Assembly: GCA_045106555.1 (NCBI GenBank)
Contig: JBGCET010000035.1
Location: 3,551 to 67,550, forward strand
DNA from: Lysobacterales bacterium
Lineage (GTDB): Bacteria; Pseudomonadota; Gammaproteobacteria; Xanthomonadales; SZUA-38
Direction: 5' to 3'
DNA: 64,000 nucleotides
The notes beneath the pieces are model-generated. The model saw only the letters and a program-made list of their open reading frames with translations. It had not been told where the DNA came from and ran no database searches. The number at the start of each line of letters is the position of its first letter. Within the stretch, counting starts at the first letter, position 1. This document shows, piece after piece, positions 35,734 through 44,068 of this stretch. The translations under genes and the position numbers were made by a program.

Positions 35734-36744
35734 ATGAACCGGGTTCAAGCATACGATGAGTCTATGAAATTTGTGATTCGCAACGGTTACCAGAAGGACG
35801 TTGACGACCTTAAGGGCATGTCCCGTTGGGAATACTGGTGCGATGTGGTTAATCACGAGTTTGTGAATCTGGACTGCTCGGCAATCCCCGGTCAGGACAA
35901 AAGTGATTTCAGCGGAACGCTGCGAGGGGGGCTGGGCGTTGGTCAGGTCAATTTTTCTGAGGTGGTGGCTATGCCTCAATTTGTTCAGCGATCGCGGCAA
36001 CGGATTGCCCGCGCGACCAAAGACGATTTTCTCATCAGCTTCCAGCTGGAACGCGAATGCGTGGTGCGCCAATCGGGCCGCGAAGCGCTGCTAAAACCCG
36101 GTAGTTTTGCGCTCTACGACAGCGCGTCGGAATACTCTCTGGCGTTTGCTCGCCCATTCCACCAGTTCGTTTTGCAGATGCCCCGAGATGTGTTGTCTCG
36201 GCATCTGATGGAGCCTGAGAAGTATACCGCCATTCCCATCAGCGCCAATGAAGGAATGGGGCTGATACTGAAGAACTTTCTTTACTCCCTGGTGGGCGAA
36301 CTCAGCGCTACCGACGAACCGATCAACGACCAGCTGTCCGACAATCTGGTCAACATGATTGCGCTAACCTTCAGTTCAACGGTCATCACCAGCAAATTGA
36401 TTGAGACCGACTGCGTCAAAGAAGCGCTGATGCGAAGGTTGCGTCAGTTCATCGACAACAATCTGTTCGACCCCCGATTGAATAACGCGCGCATTGCGGA
36501 ATCTCAGAACATCAGTGTGCGCTACCTCTACAAGCTGTTCTCCGGTGAAGCTGAATCCGTTCACGAGATGATCATGCGCAAGCGGCTGGAGGCTTCCAGG
36601 GCGATATTGATGGATGAGCACACGCGTAGGCCCTCCATCGAAAGCCTGGCACATCACGTAGGTTTTGCCAGTGCCGCCCATTTTTCCCGAGCCTTCAAAA
36701 AGCGCTTCGGCGCCAGTCCCAGCGACGTATCGCCTCAGGCATGA
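35734..36744 (+). CDS. AraC-family transcriptional regulator (effector-binding N-domain + HTH)
   Basis: The maximal ORF (35647) would overlap the nitrilase gene by 74 nt; ATG codons at 35734 or 35764 avoid this. C-terminal HTH is ARIAESQNISVRYLYKLF...GFASAAHFSRAFKKRFG. Confidence 0.8.
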   Translation: MNRVQAYDESMKFVIRNGYQKDVDDLKGMSRWEYWCDVVNHEFVNLDCSAIPGQDKSDFSGTLRGGLGVGQVNFSEVVAMPQFVQRSRQRIARATKDDFLISFQLERECVVRQSGREALLKPGSFALYDSASEYSLAFARPFHQFVLQMPRDVLSRHLMEPEKYTAIPISANEGMGLILKNFLYSLVGELSATDEPINDQLSDNLVNMIALTFSSTVITSKLIETDCVKEALMRRLRQFIDNNLFDPRLNNARIAESQNISVRYLYKLFSGEAESVHEMIMRKRLEASRAILMDEHTRRPSIESLAHHVGFASAAHFSRAFKKRFGASPSDVSPQA

Positions 36745-36781
36745 AAAGGCGTGTTCAATCCGCAATTCACAGGGTAAGACC

Positions 36782-37822
36782 ATGACGCAAAGTACTACCG
36801 GTAATCGCACCTACTCGCTGAAGATGCCCGACGGCTGGGAGCCGCCTTATCCGTCGTTCATGTCCGAATTTGACGACAATAGAACGACGGTGGTGATGTG
36901 CTTGATGGGGTGCCAATACGATGAGGGCCATCGTCCCGACGCGCTGGCTCTGGTTCAACAGCTGAGAGCGCTGATGCTGGAATTTGGCCAGGCGGCCTAT
37001 GTGGACTTATCCGAATGTGAGGCCGACAGTGCAGGGCGACGGCAACTCGTGGCCACGGGCTATTGGTTTGAACCCGAACCTTTGCGCCGTTTGTTTGAGT
37101 CTGAGGGGTTTACTCAAACTTGGGGTGCCCATACCCAGGCGGATCTTCCTTATGGCGTGTTTCGTGAGGTATTCAACTTTCCCATGAGTCGGTTCGAGAC
37201 CCTGCATTCCGGTCCGGATCATCTGGTGGGTATTGCCAATGTGCGCGACGGCATTACCGAGCCTATTCCCCGCCATGCCTATTGGGGCAGCATGCGCGAT
37301 CGAATACCGGACGCAGCCATTGACCGGTTTGAGGCCAACGAGCGCGTCCAGGTGCTGGATCAAGATGCTCACAGCGTGACCATTCGGCCTAACGTGAATC
37401 TGGCCATTATCCGCTCTGGCCAGGACATCACTGACGCGGTGGACGAGGAACGCGCTCAGTACTCCAACGATGTTGAGCCAACCCTGGTTAACGGCATGAA
37501 CTTTCTGCGCGACGAAGGCGAGGAGGTGAAGTGTTATGACTGCCGATTTTTCCGCTTTGTCGATGAGCACGGGGAACCGTCAGACCATACGTACGGCTAT
37601 GCGTATTTTCAGTCGCTTGAGGAGCTGGAAAAGTGGGCTGAGCATCATCCCTCTCACAACGCCATCTTTGGTTCTTTCTTAGAGTTTGCACCCAAGTATG
37701 GCGAGGACATGCGCTCACGGTTTTGGCACGAAGTCGCGGTGCTGCCGGCAGACGATCAGTTTGCTCAGTATGTGAACTGCGCCGAGGGCACCGGGCTGTT
37801 GGGTGGCCTGAACCCCCGATAG
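36782..37822 (+). CDS. oxd: Aldoxime dehydratase (heme enzyme, Oxd family)
   Basis: ATG at 36782. Blocks HAYWGSMRDR, LAIIRSGQD, EPTLVNGMNFLRDEG, LEKWAEHHPSH and FWHEVAVL..YVNC match the Oxd family as I recall OxdA/OxdB. Length 346 aa. Confidence 0.8.
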   Translation: MTQSTTGNRTYSLKMPDGWEPPYPSFMSEFDDNRTTVVMCLMGCQYDEGHRPDALALVQQLRALMLEFGQAAYVDLSECEADSAGRRQLVATGYWFEPEPLRRLFESEGFTQTWGAHTQADLPYGVFREVFNFPMSRFETLHSGPDHLVGIANVRDGITEPIPRHAYWGSMRDRIPDAAIDRFEANERVQVLDQDAHSVTIRPNVNLAIIRSGQDITDAVDEERAQYSNDVEPTLVNGMNFLRDEGEEVKCYDCRFFRFVDEHGEPSDHTYGYAYFQSLEELEKWAEHHPSHNAIFGSFLEFAPKYGEDMRSRFWHEVAVLPADDQFAQYVNCAEGTGLLGGLNPR

Positions 37823-37854
37823 CCAGCCGATAGCGCTCGCAGTATCATAAAAAA

Positions 37855-38364
37855 ATGATTGAGACTGAACGCCTGATTCTTCGCCCGGTAGATCCAGACA
37901 AAGATTTTGATGGCTGGGCCAAAGCCATGGCCGATGCCAACACCATGAAGTACCTTGGGTCCGCGCCGTTGGATCGGGCCAAGGCCTGGCGCAATATGGC
38001 GATGGTGATGGGTCACTGGCAAATTCGCGGTTTCGGGTTTTTCTCTGTAGAAGAAAAAACCACTGGCGATTGGGTTGGCCGAGTCGGGCCATGGTATCCA
38101 GTGGGCTGGCCGAAAGCCGAAGTAGGCTGGCTCACCTCACCAGAACATCTGCGGCGAGGTTTCGCGGCAGAAGCGGCCAAGGCCAGCATTCAGTATGCGT
38201 TTGGCGAGTTAGGCTGGCCCGAGGTGACGCATGTCATTTTGGATGGCAACGTCGCCAGCGTTTCGGTGGCGGAGAAAGTCGGGTCGCGGTACATTCAAAC
38301 GCTGCAAGGATTACCTGGCGTCACCGATACCCCGGTGCACGTGTACGGGCAGCAACGCCCGTAA
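37855..38364 (+). CDS. GNAT-family N-acetyltransferase (RimJ/RimL-like)
   Basis: The MIETERLILRPV start and the GFGFFSV / G-W segments are typical of Acetyltransf_3. Confidence 0.75.
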   Translation: MIETERLILRPVDPDKDFDGWAKAMADANTMKYLGSAPLDRAKAWRNMAMVMGHWQIRGFGFFSVEEKTTGDWVGRVGPWYPVGWPKAEVGWLTSPEHLRRGFAAEAAKASIQYAFGELGWPEVTHVILDGNVASVSVAEKVGSRYIQTLQGLPGVTDTPVHVYGQQRP

Positions 38365-38386
38365 TTCCTAGCAGCGCTTAGAATCT

Positions 38387-40363
38387 TTACAGTGCGCTTG
38401 CCACGCGATGGCCTTCGCCGGTAGCCGCTAGAACTGTTCGCGGAGCGGCGCAGTCGCCGATACGAATCACCTCAACACCTGCTTCAACGAGCGGATTTAG
38501 CAATGCCACGTTGGGCACTCTTGGGCCGGCGTAGGTAATGGCCACCACGTTGTCGACCATTTGCTGATTGCCCGTGTAAACGTTGCGCAGAGCCAGTTGG
38601 GCTTCACCCAGGTCGTCCAGGTTAATAGGTTCGACGCAGGTAATCAGTTCGATGTTCTTGTCATGCAATCGCTGGTAGATCCCTTGGCGGTTGATCAGCG
38701 AAACGTCTGATGCAAAGCGCTCTCGGGATGTGATCAGCACCACCTGTTCGAACAAGCCGGCGAACAATTCCGCGGCGGCGTAGGTCATTTCCGTGTGATC
38801 GCTGTCCACCACCACCAGGGCGCCGTCAGTGGGGGTAGGGCGTGCAAGCATCTGGGCCGAAAGCTCGCGGACGTCGGGAATCATCTCTGCCCAGTCCGGA
38901 TCGAGCCAGGCGGGCAGGGCGGTCGTAGAGCCCGTGGCCAAAAGCACCGTGTCAGGTTCCAGGTCGAGCACGCTGGCTGCCGTCGCAGGCCCCTCTAAGA
39001 TGTACTGAACCCCCGCGCGTTGTCCCGCCAGGTACTGATAGTCGTAAATACTGCTGAGATTTTCGCCGCCGGGAAGGTCAGCATGAATTCGGGTTTTGCC
39101 GCCAAACTCTGCTGAGCTGCCAAGGACGGTCACCTGATGGCCTCGGGCGGCGGCCACGTGGGCAGCCTCAAGACCGGCGATACCGGCGCCCACCACCACA
39201 ACCTTTCGCGGATTCGCTGAGGGCGCCGGCTGCCATATTTCCTCTGCCGGCTCACCCACCCTGGGGTTGTTGTCGCAGCGCAGCTGATTGCCCTCAATAA
39301 TGGCTCTCCAGCAGGTGTTGCAGGACACGCAGTAACGAATGGTGGCTTCCTGCCCGTGTTGCGCCTTGTTGCCAAACGCGGCGTCAGTGATGAGGGGGCG
39401 GCCAAGAAAGGCAATCTCGGCGGTACCGTCGGTGAGGGCTTTTTCACATTCGTTGGGGTCGGTCATATAACCGATGGCGCCGGTGGCAATGCTCGGGTCG
39501 GCCTGGCGCAGATCTTTGATGGTGTCTAAATACGGGTGACGCTCGCCGTGAGCATCCGGTAAATGTTTGTACAGTGAGTTGGCGTGAGCGCCCCAGCAAA
39601 ACGTCCAGTAACTGAAGTTACCGTTGGCCGCCACCTGTTTGGCGATGTCGGCTGCCAGGCTAAGGTTGATGCTGCCGGGTATGCCGTCGTCTCCCGGCAG
39701 CTTAATGCCAATGATGAAGTTTTCGCCGCAGGTTTGGCGTACGGCATTTATCAGTTCGCACAGCAGATTACAGCGTCGCTGGTGGTCACCGCCGTAGTGG
39801 TCATCACGTCGGTTGCTCCAAGGGGACAGAAACTGATGAAAAATATGGCCGTGTCCGGCAGAGATTTCTACCCCGGAAAACCCGGCGCGCTGAAGCCGCA
39901 GGCTGGACTCAGCCCACTGCTCAATGAGACTGCGTATTTCGTCTTCAGTCAGGGCCCGCGGTACGGTCCAGCTTAAATCATCGGGCAAGGCCGATGCGCT
40001 AACGGCTGAGTCGTTTCGGCCAATGGAGTGACGTCCCCGTCCAGGGTCCTGGATCTGGCCCAGCAGCCGCGTATCGGCAGACTCGACCACCTCGGCCACC
40101 TGTTTCAGACCGTCCATGGCCACATCGTCGTAAACCCGAAGTTTGCCCGCGTCCGGGTTATGCCGGGTCATGGCCAGTGGCTCGGTGACGATCAAGCCGG
40201 TTCCGCCGCGGGCACGGGCTCCCAGGTAGTTCAGCATGGCTTCGCTGGGCCGGCCGTCACTGACCAGTCGGGTCAAAATAGAGGCATGGGCCAGACGGTT
40301 GCGCAGATGATGTCCGGACAGGGTTAGGGAACTAAAGAGAGTGGGGTAAATTGTGTCGCTCAT
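38387..40363 (-). CDS. Old-yellow-enzyme-type FMN oxidoreductase fused to an FAD/NAD(P)-binding domain (2,4-dienoyl-CoA-reductase-like)
   Basis: 658 aa. N-terminal TIM barrel (LFSSLTLSGHHLRNRLAHAS, GFSGVEISAGHGHIFHQFLSP). Cys cluster CVSCNTCW..C. Dinucleotide fold VVVVGAGIAGLEAAHVAAARGHQV. Confidence 0.8.
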   Translation of the reverse strand: MSDTIYPTLFSSLTLSGHHLRNRLAHASILTRLVSDGRPSEAMLNYLGARARGGTGLIVTEPLAMTRHNPDAGKLRVYDDVAMDGLKQVAEVVESADTRLLGQIQDPGRGRHSIGRNDSAVSASALPDDLSWTVPRALTEDEIRSLIEQWAESSLRLQRAGFSGVEISAGHGHIFHQFLSPWSNRRDDHYGGDHQRRCNLLCELINAVRQTCGENFIIGIKLPGDDGIPGSINLSLAADIAKQVAANGNFSYWTFCWGAHANSLYKHLPDAHGERHPYLDTIKDLRQADPSIATGAIGYMTDPNECEKALTDGTAEIAFLGRPLITDAAFGNKAQHGQEATIRYCVSCNTCWRAIIEGNQLRCDNNPRVGEPAEEIWQPAPSANPRKVVVVGAGIAGLEAAHVAAARGHQVTVLGSSAEFGGKTRIHADLPGGENLSSIYDYQYLAGQRAGVQYILEGPATAASVLDLEPDTVLLATGSTTALPAWLDPDWAEMIPDVRELSAQMLARPTPTDGALVVVDSDHTEMTYAAAELFAGLFEQVVLITSRERFASDVSLINRQGIYQRLHDKNIELITCVEPINLDDLGEAQLALRNVYTGNQQMVDNVVAITYAGPRVPNVALLNPLVEAGVEVIRIGDCAAPRTVLAATGEGHRVASAL

Positions 40364-40430
40364 AGACGAATTCTGCCACGTTCAGAGGGTAATGCGTGGT
40401 AAATTTGTCATCTAAATTGAGGAGCCATCC

Positions 40431-40748
40431 ATGACCACTATTGTTGTTCTGTTTAATTTAAAAAGTGATGCTGATGCTCAGGCCTATGAGCAATGGGCCA
40501 GAACCACAGATCTTCCCACCGTTCGTGGTCTAAAGGGCGTGGATGGTTTTGATGCATTCCGCACGACTGGCCTGCTGGGTAAAGACGGTCAGGCAGCCCC
40601 GTATCAGTACGTTGAGATGATTGAAATCAGCGACATGGAGGCCTTTGGCGCGGAATGTGCCACTGACACCATGCGCAAGGTGGCCGGAGAATTCCAGGCG
40701 TTTGCCGACGGGCCTTGCTTCATGCTGAGCGAGCGGCTGGACGGATGA
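40431..40748 (+). CDS. Small dimeric alpha/beta-barrel protein (REDY/HapK- or EthD-like)
   Basis: 105 aa, with a GAGGAG RBS. The pattern is IVVLFNLKSDADAQAYEQWARTTDLPTVRGL...YQYVEMIEI. Confidence 0.5.
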   Translation: MTTIVVLFNLKSDADAQAYEQWARTTDLPTVRGLKGVDGFDAFRTTGLLGKDGQAAPYQYVEMIEISDMEAFGAECATDTMRKVAGEFQAFADGPCFMLSERLDG

Positions 40749-41575
40749 AGCCACTGAAAGGAAAGGTTGCAGTGTGCACAGGTTCGGGCCGACAGCTGGG
40801 GCTGGGGCAAGGAATTTTGAAACGCCTGGCGGAGCAGGGCGCCAGCGTTGTGGTGACCGATATTGGTCGAACGGACGGCGCCTTATCGGCAGATAACGTG
40901 GGCGCCAGCGATGAAATGGAACAGGTGGCCCAGGAACTGCGGGATGCCGGTGCCCAGGCCATCGCGGTGGCCTGTGATGTGCGCAGCGAAGAACAGATTG
41001 ATCGTTTGGTCGAGACCACGGTCGGTGAGTTCGGTCGGCTGGACATCATGGTGAACAACGCCGGTGTAGGTTATTTGATGCAGCCTCTGGAAGAGGTGAC
41101 GGCAGAAAACTGGCGTTTGGTGATCGACATAAATCTCACCGGGGCTTTTCTCTGCACCAAAGCCGCGGCGATCCAGATGCGCAAGCAGGGTGATGGCGGG
41201 CGAATCGTCAATATCGCCAGTCAGGCAGCGAAGTCGGGCTTTCCCCATTTGCCCGCCTATGTCGCTTCAAAGCATGGCATGGTGGGGCTGACTCGCGCGA
41301 CGGCTATCGAACTGGCGCCGGATCAAATCACTGTCAACGCGGTGTGTCCAAACCACGTCACCACCGGGCTTGGGGCGAAACAAAATGAGTACTTTGCTCG
41401 CTATCGAGGTGTGTCGGTGGAAGAGTATCGCGCCAACCTGAAGGCCCGCATTCCGCTAGGGCGAGTGGGTCTGGTGGAAGACACGGCAGCGGCCACGGCG
41501 TTTCTGTGTTCTGACGATGCGGCGTTTATTACCGGTGAGGCGATGAATGTCAGCGGCGGTGAAGAAATGCACTGA
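40745..41575 (+). CDS. Short-chain dehydrogenase/reductase (SDR)
   Basis: The start overlaps the upstream stop (ATGA at 40745..40748). Cofactor motif TGSGRQLGLG. NNAG. Catalytic YVASKHG. Confidence 0.85.
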   Translation: MKPLKGKVAVCTGSGRQLGLGQGILKRLAEQGASVVVTDIGRTDGALSADNVGASDEMEQVAQELRDAGAQAIAVACDVRSEEQIDRLVETTVGEFGRLDIMVNNAGVGYLMQPLEEVTAENWRLVIDINLTGAFLCTKAAAIQMRKQGDGGRIVNIASQAAKSGFPHLPAYVASKHGMVGLTRATAIELAPDQITVNAVCPNHVTTGLGAKQNEYFARYRGVSVEEYRANLKARIPLGRVGLVEDTAAATAFLCSDDAAFITGEAMNVSGGEEMH

Positions 41576-41733
41576 TTCGGGTTGCTTGATTTTCTGTGAA
41601 TGATCGATGGGGTGAAGCGTAAACGCCGTCTCCGAAGGGTTAGCCTTTGCTGTTTGACTCCTTGGCAGCATCCGTCGTGACGTTTGCATGACATCTGTTT
41701 TGCTACTTTTCTTATGCTATTACGGAGGTAACG

Positions 41734-42189
41734 ATGAGTAAGTCGCAACTTTTAATCACATGTCTATGTTTGGGTGGTGGCATTGGCTTGGCTTCTGCAT
41801 CGCCTTCTGCGTCGGTCCCTCGCGCAACGCCTGTTCACTGGCACTACTCGGTGCCGCCACCGGTGGTTGAGTCCACCGAGTCTATGGGGCAGCTTGCCGC
41901 GGGTCAGTCGGACTCCGTGCGGCTGAAAGTTCGAGAGGCACGGACCCGTTCCAACCGGGTTCTGGATGGATATGCCAGAGAAATTGAAAATTGCCGGTTT
42001 GAATCAACACTGCATTTTGACGATCGGGATCGCACCCGCTTGATTGGCAACGCTCAACCCTGTCAGGGTCGGTACCAAAAGCTAATGAACGAAGAACGCC
42101 GCTCACTGAAACAACGAATCAGTGAGCTTAGAGCGCCAAGCCAGAATGACGCTCTGTTTCCCGTTGTGCAGCAAAAGACCTCAGAATAG
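41734..42189 (+). CDS. Hypothetical exported protein
   Basis: 151 aa. Signal LLITCLCLGGGIGLASA. No family call. Confidence 0.45.
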   Translation: MSKSQLLITCLCLGGGIGLASASPSASVPRATPVHWHYSVPPPVVESTESMGQLAAGQSDSVRLKVREARTRSNRVLDGYAREIENCRFESTLHFDDRDRTRLIGNAQPCQGRYQKLMNEERRSLKQRISELRAPSQNDALFPVVQQKTSE

Positions 42190-42227
42190 TTGGCGCCGGC
42201 TAACGATTCGCTGAGGGCCGATGATGC

Positions 42228-43277
42228 TCAGGCGGCAACTCTGCGGCGAGACTCACCTCGCTCACTCATGATCCGCTGGAACAGATCCTTCGGGTCATCG
42301 AGCTCAGGGATCAGGGCAACATCTTCCCCTTCGTTCAGTTCCAATGCCATGCGGTGGATGTAACTGAGGGTGGAAAAATCTTCCAGTGCGAACCCAACTG
42401 AATCGAAAATGGTGATGTCCTGGTCGCGCTCTCTTCCGGTTCCTGGCTCGGCGATGGCCTGCCAGATCGGAAATACAGGATGGTCTGCCGGGAGTTGCTG
42501 AATATCACCTTCCACCCGGGTTTGGGGTTCGAATTCGACAAAAATCTTGCCGTTGCGCAGCACTTCCACATGCAGCTCGGTTTTGCCGGGGCAGTCTCCG
42601 CCTACGCCGTTAATATGCATGCCAGGCTCCACCATGTCCGGTGTGAGGATGGTGGCCCATTTCTTGTCCGCGGTGCAGGTTGTGACGATATCTGCGCCGT
42701 TGGTGGCTTCTGACGCGGATCTTGCAGGAATGACCTTCAACCCAGGAAACTGTTTCAGGTGGCCCTCCAGCTTGGTCATGGCCTGAGTATCCACATCAAA
42801 AATTCTTACTTCCTCAATACCCAAAAGCGTGTGAAATGCCATGGCCTGAAATTCGCTTTGGGCGCCGCTGCCTATCATGGCGAGCACTTTGGCGTTCTCG
42901 CGAGCCAACGCTTTGGCGGCAATGGCAGAGGCCGCGGCGGTGCGAAAGGCGGTGGCCAGCGTGAGTTCAGACAGCAAAACCGGATAGCCGGTGTCCACGT
43001 CCGCCAGCGCACCGAAGGCCATAACGGTCGACACGCCGCGGGCGGGATTGCCGGGATGGCCGTTGACGTACTTGAAGCCGTAGCGGGATTCATCAGAGAT
43101 GGGCATGATTTCAATCACCCCGACATCGCTATGGTTGGCAACCCGCGCGCACTTGTCGAAAGACTCCCAGCGTGTGAAATCTTCGGTCATGGTGTCTGCA
43201 ACACCTTTGACAAATTCCTCGGGGCCAATGTGGTTCACCATGCGGCAAAGCGCGGGTACGTCGACAAATCGGGTCAT
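42228..43277 (-). CDS. ocd: Ornithine cyclodeaminase (mu-crystallin family)
   Basis: 349 aa. Collinear with Pseudomonas OCD as I recall it (FKYVNGHPGNPARG, MIGSGAQSEFQA, INGVGGDCPGKTELH, FDSVGFALEDFS). Confidence 0.85.
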   Translation of the reverse strand: MTRFVDVPALCRMVNHIGPEEFVKGVADTMTEDFTRWESFDKCARVANHSDVGVIEIMPISDESRYGFKYVNGHPGNPARGVSTVMAFGALADVDTGYPVLLSELTLATAFRTAAASAIAAKALARENAKVLAMIGSGAQSEFQAMAFHTLLGIEEVRIFDVDTQAMTKLEGHLKQFPGLKVIPARSASEATNGADIVTTCTADKKWATILTPDMVEPGMHINGVGGDCPGKTELHVEVLRNGKIFVEFEPQTRVEGDIQQLPADHPVFPIWQAIAEPGTGRERDQDITIFDSVGFALEDFSTLSYIHRMALELNEGEDVALIPELDDPKDLFQRIMSERGESRRRVAA

Positions 43278-43419
43278 GACACTGTCTCGCTAATAATCTA
43301 GTGAGCGTAGGTTAGGTGCTTTTGTGGCTATAAAATAGACGTATTTGTGATCAAAAAGCGTAACTAAGTGTCATAATTAACACTAATGATTGGCAAAAAG
43401 TAAAACTCTCAGGTGATCA

Positions 43420-43842
43420 GTGCAGCTAGAACCTAAAGATCAGCGATTGTTGGCCCTCCTGCGCGACAACGCCAGGATGTCCGTTATCGACATGGCGCGG
43501 ACCCTTGGCGTGTCCCGCGCCACCGTGCAAAACCGTATGCGACGGTTGGAATCCCAGGGTGTTATTACCGGCTACACAGTGGTGGTGGGTACCGATATCG
43601 AAGATTCAGAGGTACGTGCCTTAATGAGTATTCAGTCGCAAAGCGCGCGCGAGGCGGCGGTGATTGCTGAGCTTCGGGGCAACCCTAATGTCACGGCTAT
43701 TCATCACACGACCGGGCGCTGGGATCTCATTGCGGAAATTCAGACGGACTCTTTGGCGGCGTTTAACCAGATTGTAGGGGCCATCCGGTTGATTGAGGGT
43801 GTGACGGCCACTGAGACCAATTTGTTGTTAGACAGCTACTGA
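43420..43842 (+). CDS. Lrp/AsnC-family transcriptional regulator
   Basis: GTG start after AGGTGA. DQRLLALLRDNARMSVIDMARTLGVSRATVQNRMRRLESQGVI. Divergent from ocd across an AT-rich gap. Confidence 0.85.
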   Translation: MQLEPKDQRLLALLRDNARMSVIDMARTLGVSRATVQNRMRRLESQGVITGYTVVVGTDIEDSEVRALMSIQSQSAREAAVIAELRGNPNVTAIHHTTGRWDLIAEIQTDSLAAFNQIVGAIRLIEGVTATETNLLLDSY

Positions 43843-43882
43843 TGGGTTGTTGATCTTTTTTCAGGATTCGCGGAATCGGGTC

Positions 43883-43967
43883 GGCAACAGCCAGTCATAG
43901 GTGTTTGAGGGAATGGCTCCCTTCGGTCCGCTTTATTTCCCTCAAACACCTATGACTGGCTGTTGCC
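43883..43967. repeat. Perfect 31-bp inverted repeat with 23-nt spacer in the convergent lrp / MFS intergenic region
   Basis: GGCAACAGCCAGTCATAGGTGTTTGAGGGAA (43883..43913) is the exact reverse complement of 43937..43967, checked base by base. Confidence 0.9.
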
Positions 43968-44068
43968 TAGATCTGTGATCTGGCCTAAAGAGATAGGAGC
44001 CAATCGGGACTCGATCTTCCAATAAGCCATGAGTCGTGACCGTCGCAGGTTGTTGGGTTGTGAGGGCG

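Noticed and set aside
42525-42545. A ggttcgaattc string resembling a tRNA T-arm.
   Set aside because: It lies inside the ocd coding frame with no acceptor or anticodon stems around it. I found no tRNA-like cloverleaf anywhere in the window.
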